Below, one piece after another: positions 41,330 to 50,578 of a stretch of 52,615 bases of DNA. Made by a program: the position numbers and the translations under genes. Origin of the DNA: Nitrososphaeraceae archaeon. Lineage in GTDB: Archaea; Thermoproteota; Nitrososphaeria; Nitrososphaerales; Nitrososphaeraceae. The number at the start of each line of letters is the position of its first letter. Position 1 is the first letter of the stretch. The notes under the pieces were generated by a model that saw only the letters and a list, made by a program, of their open reading frames with translations, was not told the DNA's origin and made no database searches. The DNA is taken from assembly GCA_022545895.1 (NCBI GenBank), contig JAKEIK010000176.1, positions 1 to 52,615 of the forward strand, given 5' to 3'.

Positions 41330-42778
41330 ATGGGGACGTACAGGATATCATTCACCTTGAGAAAAGCTGCCATTCAAGTGCCAGCTTGTGAAACAGCTGA
41401 AGATCTAAATATTTTGCACCTCGGATTTGATAATACTGATTCTATTCAAGGAAAATGTACGACGCACTTGGCCTTTAAAATAGCTGATTACTTGCTTAAG
41501 AAAAATGAAATAAAGTTTGTTGATTTTCCTCTATTAATTAGACTTAATCCTAATATTCCGTGGAAGACTAGGGGAAATGGGGCTGTATGTTTACGGATCG
41601 CAACTAGAGGAAGCGAACACATTATAGATTACGTCAAAAACTTCATTTCTCTAAATTCGGACATTAGCAACGGTGCTAACCCTGGTTTCGTCGCATATGA
41701 AGGAATTACTATTCCTACTAGTGTGAGACAGTTTAGTCGAACCGCTCTATACAACGTATTATGTTTGAACGACGCAGAGAAAATAATTGAAAATGAGTCT
41801 ATTCAATGTTACAAATGTGGAAATGGCCACGGATCCATTGGGGCCCTCGCTGCCATAGGCTGTCTATTGGAAGGAGACCATACGTTCGAGGCAATCTCCT
41901 ACAGAACCGAAGAAAACGTAGGTACTCCAAGGTCGCTAAACGAACAATTAGTGCTTAAAATGAGCGCTGTAACCTTCCCACGTACTTTCAACAATATTGA
42001 TGCAGTACATAAACGGATTTTGATTACCCCTCACGGTCCCGATCCTGTGTTCTGTGGAATTAGGGGTGAAGATCCTACCACAGTTCTGAAGTCATTACTC
42101 TCCTTACAAACCACTGAGGTATTGGAGGGTTATATGGTTTTCAGAACAAATCAGGGCACTAATATGCACTTACAAAATCAATTGGCTCTTTCTCAAGTGA
42201 AGCCCTTCATGGCAGGGTACGTTAGAGGTACAGTAAGCAAAATTCCGTACATACTTCAAGGAGGCCATGTTTTATTTGAGATCTCTGATATTGCTAGAGA
42301 TACATATCCTGTTGCAGTATATGAGCCCACTGATCTCGGAAGAATTGCAAAACAACTTGTAATTGGAGATGTTGTTGATATTGGATTTGGGGTTAGGGAA
42401 GAGCAGAGTGGCCATTCAAGGATTTTAAACCTGGAGTACTTGGCCGTTCTAAGACTGAATTCAATTGTCCATACTCAGAATCCTTTATGCAAAGTATGTA
42501 GAAAACGTATGAAATCAGAGGGCAAGGGTAAGGGATATCAGTGCAAGGAGTGCAAAATTAAAACCATCAAAAAGTATAATGTTACTGTGAAACGTGACAT
42601 AGTTGAAGGATTCTACTTATCCAGCAACAAATCACATCGTCACTTAACAAAACCCTTGCATAGGTTTGGACGAGAAAATTCATATCCGTACGTGCCAGGA
42701 ATATATCCATTTCCTAACCCGAACTCCTTTCATCGGAAAGGACATCTTAATGATCGGACTGAATGCCGGAGCTTTTAA
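41330..42778 (+). CDS. tiaS: tRNA(Ile2) 2-agmatinylcytidine synthetase TiaS
   Basis: GFDNTDS..GKCTTH, LIRLNPNIPWKTRGNGAV, PHGPDPV..GIRG, TNQGT..H, YEPT, C-terminal zinc ribbon and HRHLTKP. Confidence 0.96.
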   Translation: MGTYRISFTLRKAAIQVPACETAEDLNILHLGFDNTDSIQGKCTTHLAFKIADYLLKKNEIKFVDFPLLIRLNPNIPWKTRGNGAVCLRIATRGSEHIIDYVKNFISLNSDISNGANPGFVAYEGITIPTSVRQFSRTALYNVLCLNDAEKIIENESIQCYKCGNGHGSIGALAAIGCLLEGDHTFEAISYRTEENVGTPRSLNEQLVLKMSAVTFPRTFNNIDAVHKRILITPHGPDPVFCGIRGEDPTTVLKSLLSLQTTEVLEGYMVFRTNQGTNMHLQNQLALSQVKPFMAGYVRGTVSKIPYILQGGHVLFEISDIARDTYPVAVYEPTDLGRIAKQLVIGDVVDIGFGVREEQSGHSRILNLEYLAVLRLNSIVHTQNPLCKVCRKRMKSEGKGKGYQCKECKIKTIKKYNVTVKRDIVEGFYLSSNKSHRHLTKPLHRFGRENSYPYVPGIYPFPNPNSFHRKGHLNDRTECRSF

Positions 42779-42781
42779 AGA

Positions 42782-42901
42782 TAGCGGGGGGTTGATTTGA
42801 ACCTGCGGCCACTGAGGAATACTGAAGTGGAAACCGCTCTGCGGGTTATGAGCCCGCCGGGATAACTTTGCCTCACCAAGATCTGGCTTCCCCACCCCGC
42901 T
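42782..42901 (-). tRNA. initiator tRNA-Met(CAT) with two non-canonical introns (about 18/19 at 42867-42882; 52/53 at 42803-42831)
   Basis: A1:U72 acceptor AGCGGGG/CCCCGCT; anticodon arm GCGGG-CTCATAA-CCCGC with three G:C pairs; removing 16 + 29 nt gives a 75-nt cloverleaf with T-arm GGTTG-TTCAAAT-CAACC. Confidence 0.9.
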
Positions 42902-42979
42902 GTTAAGAAGGTCCAAAGAAGGGAAATATATCTCTGTCTCTATCGGGTCAAATCAGAGAAGTACTGCAGGAACAATTCT

Positions 42980-43135
42980 TTAGTTATTTACACCAGACAT
43001 ATGGTATTCTTGGTCAAGCGAGTTGTATATCTGATTGGATCCCTGCTCTCTTTCGGTGCGTTCTTTTATTATGCCGTCAATACAAACCTTGAGCCAACTT
43101 TTCCAGTAGGCATCATAATCCAATGGTTTAGCCAT
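42980..43135 (-). CDS. small hypothetical protein (51 aa) between two tRNA genes, not in ORF track
   Basis: MAKPLDYDAYWKSWLKVCIDGIIKERTEREQGSNQIYNSLDQEYHMSGVNN*; TATA-like element about 27 nt upstream. Confidence 0.4.
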   Translation of the reverse strand: MAKPLDYDAYWKSWLKVCIDGIIKERTEREQGSNQIYNSLDQEYHMSGVNN

Positions 43136-43273
43136 GTCAGTCGATTGAATATTTATGTATAATACCCGATTATGTTATGTTTTTCGGTCCGCGTAGATTT
43201 AATCGAATTTAAATCATCCCCCTTTGAGTCTGACTTGATGGGGTTAATCGTCTTGTTAATTAATTGCAATAGG

Positions 43274-43397
43274 TGCGGGGGATGGGATTTGAACCCATGA
43301 ACCCCTTAGGGATGAGGTCTCTCCGCCAGTAAGGATCGTCTGAGCATCGTGTTTCAAATTGAAACTCACGCCTTTGACCTGGCTTGGCAACCCCCGC
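43274..43397 (-). tRNA. tRNA-Leu(CAG) with two introns (30/31 at 43346-43364; anticodon loop, probably 37/38, at about 43319-43338)
   Basis: Acceptor GCGGGGG/CCCCCGC-A, long variable arm, T-arm ATGGG-TTCAAAT-CCCAT; BHB CGTG/CACG restores stem TGAGG/CCTCA; removing 19 + 20 nt gives 85 nt; second intron boundary imperfectly defined. Confidence 0.85.
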
Positions 43398-43542
43398 TTC
43401 GATCCATCAACGGTTCTAACCATATATATTCGATAAATTAACTGACCACAATTGCCAAATGGAAGTTCTACTAATCATGATAATGAGCTGAGAGGTAATT
43501 GTTATTTAGGCTAGGAATATTGGTTCTAACTGGAAATCTAAA

Positions 43543-44106
43543 TTATCGCTCTTCTAAGCTTACTCTCTTGCCTGCTTGACTAGGAATTATGTTCATTTTG
43601 GCATTCTTAAAACATCTGTCCAGTTCTCTCCCTTCAAAAAGTCTGTCTAGGAAAACTGCCAGAGCTGCAACTTCTGAGTGTGGTTGATGGCCGATTGCTA
43701 CGTTGTAATCTGCCATGGAATAAACCTCGCGAGGTACCTTACTGGCACCAACCACAACCAATATGTTATTTTTGATCTTTATCTGAGGTAACGTCTTATT
43801 TAGATTGATTCCGTACATGGTTAAATGAACTACATTTCCCGCATTCCTTTTCCAAGACTTAATTAAAGATCTCCAGTCATTGACAAGTTCTACCTCAAAT
43901 TCTTGTTGTCTACCCCATCTTTCATTCATATCGTGAATCGTGTCAACAATACGATTGTCTGAATAAGCCATGTAAATTTTCTTACAGCCAAATGCTCTAG
44001 ACACTAATGCAACATGGGTACTAGTTCTATCATCTCTAACCAACCTATGCCCTAATCGAAGGACCGAAACTTGGATTGGATATTCAGGATCGTTATCAGT
44101 TGTCAA
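43543..44106 (-). CDS. trm56: tRNA (cytidine(56)-2'-O)-methyltransferase aTrm56 (SPOUT)
   Basis: VLRLGHR..RD.R.STHVALVSRAFG, VHLTMYG, VGASKVP, QPHSEVAALAVFLD. Confidence 0.96.
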   Translation of the reverse strand: MTTDNDPEYPIQVSVLRLGHRLVRDDRTSTHVALVSRAFGCKKIYMAYSDNRIVDTIHDMNERWGRQQEFEVELVNDWRSLIKSWKRNAGNVVHLTMYGINLNKTLPQIKIKNNILVVVGASKVPREVYSMADYNVAIGHQPHSEVAALAVFLDRLFEGRELDRCFKNAKMNIIPSQAGKRVSLEER

Positions 44107-45175
44107 ACAGTTTTAATTCCAATATTTTTAGCAAGCTTTCCATGTTAGTCCCGGTTTTTGCTGAAATCATGGCACTTTTATGAACCGAATTGGGAATGTC
44201 CAAATTTTTTATTGTCTTCTTTACCAAATCCTGATCCACCAGGTCCACCTTATTCAACACATAAACTATCTTACCAAGCGGAATTCCTAAATGATTCATT
44301 ACTATAAGACTACTCGACAATTGTTTCCTTATAACTTCATATGGATGACTTACATCCAGCACTAGTAATACTAGACTTGAAAATGTTAAATCTTGCAAGG
44401 TTGATTTGAATGCGTCTACCATATATGCTGGAAGCTTGCTGATGAAACCTACAGTATCGGATATGATCACCTTATTGTCACTAAGTTTTATGGCACGGCT
44501 CATGGTCGACAGAGTTGTAAATAATCCAGAATCCACAAATCTTGATTCACCAGTAAGCCGATTGAACAATGTCGTTTTCCCTGCAGAAGTATATCCTGCG
44601 ATTGAAATTGTTGGGAATCCTTGTCTCATTCTGCCTATGCGATGCAACAGTTTTTTATTCTCCTCCTTCATCAATTTCCTCTTGAGAACAGTAATTCTAC
44701 TTTTGATGTCGAGTAAATGTACATCTGCATCATATTTTCCTAAACCCAGAAAACCTGGTTGTTCTCCTTTCTTGGCGAGTCGTACTTTTTCCTTGATTCT
44801 AACGACATCATAATGCAATTGGGCAAGATTGACTTGAATCTTCGACTCTTCTGTGTTTGATCTAAGGGTAAACATCTGTAGGATTAGTTTTTCCCTATCA
44901 ATGATGTCAACCTTACAATGAAGTGCCAAGTTATATTGCTGTGTGGGTTTAAGCACCTCGTCAAAAATTATGAAATTTATTTCGCTAGATTTAACGATCT
45001 CTCTTAGTTCTTCGGCCTTACCTCTGCCAACACCATATTTTGATCTAGTTAGATGACGTTGAGTAATTATTTCTTTGATTGAATATCCTGCAGATTCAGC
45101 CAGTGATTTGGCCTCTTCTGCAACATGGTAGATAGGATATGTTATCAGTATTGCATTCTTACTTGTTACCTTCAT
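44096..45175 (-). CDS. hflX: GTPase HflX
   Basis: G.GKAEEL, GYTSAGKTT (G1), LFTTL (G2), DTVGF (G3), NKVD (G4), SAKTG. Confidence 0.96.
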   Translation of the reverse strand: MKVTSKNAILITYPIYHVAEEAKSLAESAGYSIKEIITQRHLTRSKYGVGRGKAEELREIVKSSEINFIIFDEVLKPTQQYNLALHCKVDIIDREKLILQMFTLRSNTEESKIQVNLAQLHYDVVRIKEKVRLAKKGEQPGFLGLGKYDADVHLLDIKSRITVLKRKLMKEENKKLLHRIGRMRQGFPTISIAGYTSAGKTTLFNRLTGESRFVDSGLFTTLSTMSRAIKLSDNKVIISDTVGFISKLPAYMVDAFKSTLQDLTFSSLVLLVLDVSHPYEVIRKQLSSSLIVMNHLGIPLGKIVYVLNKVDLVDQDLVKKTIKNLDIPNSVHKSAMISAKTGTNMESLLKILELKLFDN

Positions 45176-45573
45176 TCATCTTCAGCTACGTACAGTTTAA
45201 TTCCTAAGAACCTTTCCAATTTTGTCGCAAAGTTTCTATCCGGTTTTAAACTACCTGTTTCAAACCTCCGCAGTAAAGTGGCCTTTTCCTTTAACATCGA
45301 GCCTAATTGTTCGTGGGTCAAATTTTTCTGCATCCTGGCTTTTCTTATAATGGCAGCGTAGTCCTCAACTAATATGATATCGTCCATTATTTGATATCTA
45401 TTTGTGCGAGGATTTTGGAACTTCTTTGATTTTGAAAGGTTCTGAATTACCGGTCTACTAACCGGTTTGCCTCTTTTTGAACAACTCTTGCAGACCGTTA
45501 ACTGCACTCCGTCTACCAGAACGTCGACTTTATCAAAAGATAAGAGATTGCCACATATTTCACAATATGCCAA
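45172..45573 (-). CDS. mbf1: multiprotein bridging factor aMBF1 (zinc ribbon + HTH)
   Basis: CEICG...VCKSC zinc ribbon; LVEDYA.IIRKAR...E.G.LKP...KLERFLGIKL; TTG start at 45573 preferred over the ORF-track start at 45705; upstream of hflX. Confidence 0.92.
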   Translation of the reverse strand: MAYCEICGNLLSFDKVDVLVDGVQLTVCKSCSKRGKPVSRPVIQNLSKSKKFQNPRTNRYQIMDDIILVEDYAAIIRKARMQKNLTHEQLGSMLKEKATLLRRFETGSLKPDRNFATKLERFLGIKLYVAEDE

Positions 45574-45877
45574 GATTAATTGATTAATACTCGGGATGAT
45601 TTTATCTTTTTCAGGAAATCCGATTTCACACATCTTTGAATCTTTCAAACACTTAGTTCCAAAGCAGGCAAATGTCCAAGCTACACAATGGATCTGGTTT
45701 TTCAACTCGTAAGAAGCAATGATGCAAAAATCCCCAAGCTATTTGCGAAGGTCTTCCTCTAACCAACATTTCAGGTCCGTGAATAAAAAACCGCGAAGGA
45801 ATGCAATTTCGGTCGAGATATGATGCGCCACAAAAGGGCAAAAAAATTCTCTACACCTGAGGATTCTACATATAAGC

Positions 45878-46399
45878 TCATTTTGAATCCGATCTCATTC
45901 TATTATCCAAATATGAGATCCATGGAATAACCTGTTCCTTCTTTAACATTACCATCATGACATTTGCCTGACTGAGAATTGCGGTACCGTCTTCCGGATA
46001 GGAAGCTAAGGATACTACCCTCTTTATTCCCACACTTATAACCATCTTGCTGCATTCCAAACACGGCGCAAAAGTTGAGTAGAGTGTAGATCCAGTTGTT
46101 GTACTTCCTATACCAAAAAGTGCGCATTGCATAATTGCGTTTGCTTCAGCATGAGTACATAAACATCTATCTAGATTATCACCGGATTTGATCAATCCTT
46201 TTTCCCTTTCCAAACAACGGGGGCAGCCACCATCGAAGCAATTTATTATTCCTGTCGGCGTTCCATTGTATCCCGTGGCAATCTGTCTATTCTCTTTTAC
46301 TATCACACATCCTACGTGGCGAGTAAGGCAGTTAGACCTAAGCTTGGCAACCTCCGCTTGAAGCATAAAATATACATCCCAATTAGGACGAGAAGTCAT
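45878..46399 (-). CDS. dCMP deaminase (ComEB family)
   Basis: RSNC..R.VG, TGYNG.P, HAEANA, PCLECSK. Confidence 0.93.
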   Translation of the reverse strand: MTSRPNWDVYFMLQAEVAKLRSNCLTRHVGCVIVKENRQIATGYNGTPTGIINCFDGGCPRCLEREKGLIKSGDNLDRCLCTHAEANAIMQCALFGIGSTTTGSTLYSTFAPCLECSKMVISVGIKRVVSLASYPEDGTAILSQANVMMVMLKKEQVIPWISYLDNRMRSDSK

Positions 46400-46507
46400 G
46401 ACTCACACTAAAAGTTCTACCGATGGTATATAACAGATACTGTTCGTATGAATATCCAACTGTCTATAATGATTGGTATTGACTGGACAACCGAAAAATA
46501 TCTCACA

Positions 46508-47305
46508 CTAGAACGGTGTGCTAATCGATTGTACTTTATACTTAAAGCCCATTTGACGGAGTGCTTGTTGAAACTCAATTTTATCGCCTGTGACAAAGAC
46601 AAGCATCTTGCCTGTACCAGTCTTTTTCGAAATCCCATTATCTTTCAGAAATTTTTTTACATCTTTTGCAGTATTGTGCGCAGGGTCAACAAATTTAATC
46701 GTTGAAAAGAGGGATTCGAGATAGTCTTTAATCAATGGCAAGTGGGTACTAGATAGTGTGATAACATCCATAATGTCTTCTACCTCCGGTTGGAAAGTAC
46801 TCTCAAGCACGAATTGCCTAATTTCATTGCTAGCAAAAAAAGAACCATCTTCTATGACGCGGATCAGAGGCGATGCATTTATTCTCGTTACAAATATTTT
46901 CTGAGGAACCTCTCTTGCAATTTGTTGTCTCAGTTGAATACTCCTCAGTGTTGATTCTGTAGCCATTATACCTATATGCTTCTTTTTTGTTAATCTGGCT
47001 GCCTCAGCAAGCGGTGGTTTAACGCCCATAATTGGAATGGAAGTGCATTCTCTAATGTTGTCAAGAACCTGAACAGACGGTGTATTTGAAGCCATTATTA
47101 TAAGCTTAGGGCTATATGGTTCCAAAGACTTTATCGACTTTATCATGATCTTATTCAGTTGTTCAGGTGACTTAGTGCCATATGGAAAATTTTCTCTATC
47201 CGCAAGATAGATTAGATCTTCTGTAGGGATCTCCGCTTTGAGTTCTTTAATGATTGAGAGAGATCCTACCCCTGAATCAAATACTGCAATTGGCCTATTT
47301 GACAA
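46508..47305 (-). CDS. murI: glutamate racemase homologue with both catalytic Cys replaced by Ser
   Basis: IAVFDSGVG.LS, FPYGTKS, IGIMATEST; ASNT and SSTH in place of ACNT and GCTH. Confidence 0.85.
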   Translation of the reverse strand: MSNRPIAVFDSGVGSLSIIKELKAEIPTEDLIYLADRENFPYGTKSPEQLNKIMIKSIKSLEPYSPKLIIMASNTPSVQVLDNIRECTSIPIMGVKPPLAEAARLTKKKHIGIMATESTLRSIQLRQQIAREVPQKIFVTRINASPLIRVIEDGSFFASNEIRQFVLESTFQPEVEDIMDVITLSSTHLPLIKDYLESLFSTIKFVDPAHNTAKDVKKFLKDNGISKKTGTGKMLVFVTGDKIEFQQALRQMGFKYKVQSISTPF

Positions 47306-47559
47306 TTTTGTCCATATTTCAAATTTGGCCTTCTAGTTAAAAGAGTTACTAACTGCAATATCGATGAATCTGTGATCAGTCCTCGGTACATAAACATGAT
47401 TAGAGATAGGACATCTAGATATTACATATAACAAAGATATAGCATAACAATACCTAAGTTTTAACTTAACGAGAAAGCGTGTAACGGTAGTTATGTACTT
47501 GATCAGATCTATCTTGCAGTACTTATCGCTCCATAATCGGGTTAGTTCTTTGAATTTGT

Positions 47560-47958
47560 TCATTCATCTGGAGATTGAAAGGATTTATCTTTGATCAGGC
47601 GCATATACGATTCAACTTTTTCAGGGTCAATAACGCCTTGCATTACTAGTTGACTACCATCAGCTAATTTTATGTCCAAAGCGACTGCGTTGTACGGAAT
47701 TTCAAATAGTAATATTGTTTGCTCATCGCAACTTTCAAATATTTTTTTATAATTTCCGTGCTCGTTACTAAAGCACATTATCTTGCTTATCCTTCTTGAA
47801 CCATATCCAGCGGCTCTACCTCCAGCTGATCCGCGAGATTCTTCCACCACGAATATCATTATAACATTCACGTATGTTTTCGTAAAATCAAGATCTTCTC
47901 GACATACCAGAATTTTTCTGTATTGTTGGAGAAGTTCAGCCTCAATTGTTGAAGTCAC
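47560..47958 (-). CDS. hypothetical protein
   Basis: 132-aa ORF, GTG start, GSAGGRAAG motif. Confidence 0.75.
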   Translation of the reverse strand: MTSTIEAELLQQYRKILVCREDLDFTKTYVNVIMIFVVEESRGSAGGRAAGYGSRRISKIMCFSNEHGNYKKIFESCDEQTILLFEIPYNAVALDIKLADGSQLVMQGVIDPEKVESYMRLIKDKSFQSPDE

Positions 47959-48044
47959 AATGTAATTATAAGCCAGAAAACGGTATATTTCTCTTCTGAT
48001 GAAGGTATCTTTTGCTATTGGATACCTCCTATTTTTTTGGGGAT

Positions 48045-48920
48045 TTAGATGAATCCTGTTTCTCTACCTTGATTTTTCTTTAACTTTCGAACTAGTTCCA
48101 ATATCGGGTCAATATCGTCAGCCTCAGGATATTTTTCAATATATTGATTGAACAATTCTAGGGCCTCTTGCTGGTATTTTCTTTTTAGCATAATCATTCC
48201 CTTGTCGCGCAATCCGTATTGATCGTTACTATGTATATGCAGAATCATCTCATTGACAAGTTCAGCTTTATCTATATCTTGACATTCAAAATAACTAGTT
48301 TTCAAGTTATTTAGCATTCTAATCATGACCTTTGTCACCGATGCCCTGGCAACAAAATCTCTTGTCAATGCTACACTCAATCTTGGTACAGTCTGATCTA
48401 ACAACTGTTTCAATGAATAATCGTCCATTATTCGCCCTTCGTTATAAGGATCAATAATTATTTCACTCTCTCCTTCAAGAATATATTTTATTAGGAAATG
48501 GGATGGAAAACTTACAGGAACCAACTTAAAATTCAGAGATTCTGCTACACGCATGTACACTATAGACAGTGTGATTGGGATTCCAATTTTTCTCCTTATT
48601 ACTACATTGAGAAAGCTATTCGAAGGGTTGTAATAATCATCTCTATTGGGTCTGAATTTTTCCTTTCGGTACAATTGATCGTTTATTCTCTCGATTATTT
48701 GTGTAGGACGTGATTGAGAGAAGTTTTCTAATGTCTTGCGAATTTTAAGTCCAATCTGATCTATCTTTGATATTTCATTTCTAACGTCCAATTCTGGGAA
48801 TGCAATTATTCTTGATAGTTGCAGTGCGTACTCGGGCAATCTGCAAACATCATCATAAGCGAGGTTTTTTACTACGCTTTTATCCCAGTCAAACAATGCT
48901 TTTTGGATTTTCTCACGCAT
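48045..48920 (-). CDS. SirB1 family protein (transglutaminase-like fold + TPR)
   Basis: YYNPSNSFLN.V...IGIPITLS.VY, SFPSHFL, IIDPYN.G, RMLNNLK, C-terminal TPR. Confidence 0.92.
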   Translation of the reverse strand: MREKIQKALFDWDKSVVKNLAYDDVCRLPEYALQLSRIIAFPELDVRNEISKIDQIGLKIRKTLENFSQSRPTQIIERINDQLYRKEKFRPNRDDYYNPSNSFLNVVIRRKIGIPITLSIVYMRVAESLNFKLVPVSFPSHFLIKYILEGESEIIIDPYNEGRIMDDYSLKQLLDQTVPRLSVALTRDFVARASVTKVMIRMLNNLKTSYFECQDIDKAELVNEMILHIHSNDQYGLRDKGMIMLKRKYQQEALELFNQYIEKYPEADDIDPILELVRKLKKNQGRETGFI

Positions 48921-49267
48921 TAAATTGCAAACAGCATGGACATTAATATATCATTTAGACAGTGCCCGAGTCAACCGAGATTGGCAATGTTGCTGCTTAT
49001 GATTGCCCACATTATAGAAAAGAAGAAATTCAATTTCCAAGTATTATTATCCTCACCTTAATAGGGAAAAGTTAGAAATAAAGTGGATGGCTGTATCACT
49101 AAACTTTCGCAAACAATCGGAATACGTCGGCCAATGCAAAGTGTAGATACTGATATGCAAATACGATTCGTTAATATTACTTAGAGGTGATTATTGTTGT
49201 TCCAAGATTATCATTTAGATAGAAAGAAAAAAACTTCTTTTATCTGGGCGTACTAAAATATGGATAG

Positions 49268-49594
49268 CTATTCACTATATGACTCGCTTACAACAGGATT
49301 GAATTTGGAAATTTCGGGGAGATCCGAGATTGCAGGGAAGAGTAAACACAATTGTTCGTGTTTTTTTAGGAAAACTAAACCAGCTTCAGCAGTTCTGTAG
49401 AGGCCGGTTACCTCTGAATATTCCATTAGCTTCTTCTCAACCGCTGCTGTGAGATAGCGGCTAAGTTGAGAGTGGGAAACACTTGCATTATTCATTATAG
49501 TAGTTTTATATTCCCAATTAGATACAGCCGCCCCTAAAATGGCGGCCATTATTTCAATTTCAGATCGATTCTTCATTTCAGAACCAATTGCCAT
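49268..49594 (-). CDS. winged helix-turn-helix protein (HTH_45/COG3432-like)
   Basis: RSEIEIMAAIL...KTTIM..A.VS.SQL..YL...YRT...G..FL. Confidence 0.82.
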   Translation of the reverse strand: MAIGSEMKNRSEIEIMAAILGAAVSNWEYKTTIMNNASVSHSQLSRYLTAAVEKKLMEYSEVTGLYRTAEAGLVFLKKHEQLCLLFPAISDLPEISKFNPVVSESYSE

Positions 49595-49753
49595 ATCAAA
49601 ACTACAAATAAAAACTAAGTAGATAAGTATGACTATTACATTGATGGAGAATTGTTGACTAAATATCCGTAAACTGAAGGATGAAGAATTTTGGGTAACT
49701 TACATTTTAGTGCTGCCTGATTCTGCTAATGCTGGAGAAATAGATTTTGAAAT

Positions 49754-50578
49754 TTACTTGTATTGCAACTTTTGTCCATCCTTGTCTCTAAATGCCATCC
49801 CAAATTCTTTCATCCGTGATAATTGGTTGCTGTCAAAAACAGTGCCATCACGGCATACTAACCAACGATCTATGCAGCAACTACCACATATTCCTATCCC
49901 ACACTTCATGTATCTCTCCAAACTTGCTTGAACGGGTAAAGATTGTTCTTTTGATATTTCAAAAATTTTCTTCATCATAATCTCAGGGCCGCACGTATAA
50001 ACACAGTCGTACCTTTCTTCTCCAATTGTTTTTACCATGCCGTCTGAAGCAGTGCCTTTCAAACCATAGCTACCATCGTCGGTTGTCACTATGACCTTAC
50101 CTTTGCCATCGCTCAAAAACTTTCTAGCATATTCTTCAAAAATGACTTCGTCCTTAGTTCTAGCTCCTATAATCAGAGTGCAACGAATATTCAATCTAGT
50201 AATGTTCACCGCTAACCTGAGCAAAGGCACTAACCCGGTGCCACCACCTATAAGTAAAACATTCGTAAACTCTGTTGATATTGTAAATCTATTGCCATAA
50301 GGGCCTCTTAGTCCTATAAAGTCCCCGACATCCATTTCAAATAATGCAGTTGTTCCTTTGCCATGCTTTTTCACTGTGACAGCAGCATGACCTTCCCTCC
50401 GGGACACCATTACACTCATGGGAATCTCCTCAATTCGTGGGATCCACACCATTAGGAATTGGCCAGCACTGGCTTTGGAACCTAATCTGTCCTTAAAGAC
50501 AAGAGTTTTTACACTGGAAGTTTCCATTACGGTCTCTGAAATACGGGCCAGTCTCATCAAATCAATATCTATGGGCAA
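49754..50578 (-). CDS. pyrK: dihydroorotate dehydrogenase electron transfer subunit
   Basis: GQFLMVW, RGPYGN, GGGTG, TDDGSYG, CGPE.MM, ERYMKCGIGICGSC...C.DG 2Fe-2S motif. Confidence 0.96.
   Translation of the reverse strand: MPIDIDLMRLARISETVMETSSVKTLVFKDRLGSKASAGQFLMVWIPRIEEIPMSVMVSRREGHAAVTVKKHGKGTTALFEMDVGDFIGLRGPYGNRFTISTEFTNVLLIGGGTGLVPLLRLAVNITRLNIRCTLIIGARTKDEVIFEEYARKFLSDGKGKVIVTTDDGSYGLKGTASDGMVKTIGEERYDCVYTCGPEIMMKKIFEISKEQSLPVQASLERYMKCGIGICGSCCIDRWLVCRDGTVFDSNQLSRMKEFGMAFRDKDGQKLQYK

Noticed and set aside
42782-42901. CAT-anticodon tRNA next to tiaS as its substrate tRNA-Ile2
   Set aside because: A1:U72 and three consecutive G:C pairs in the anticodon stem are initiator-Met hallmarks
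45574-45705. N-terminal extension of MBF1 in the ORF track
   Set aside because: aMBF1 normally begins just before CEICG and an in-frame TTG is present there
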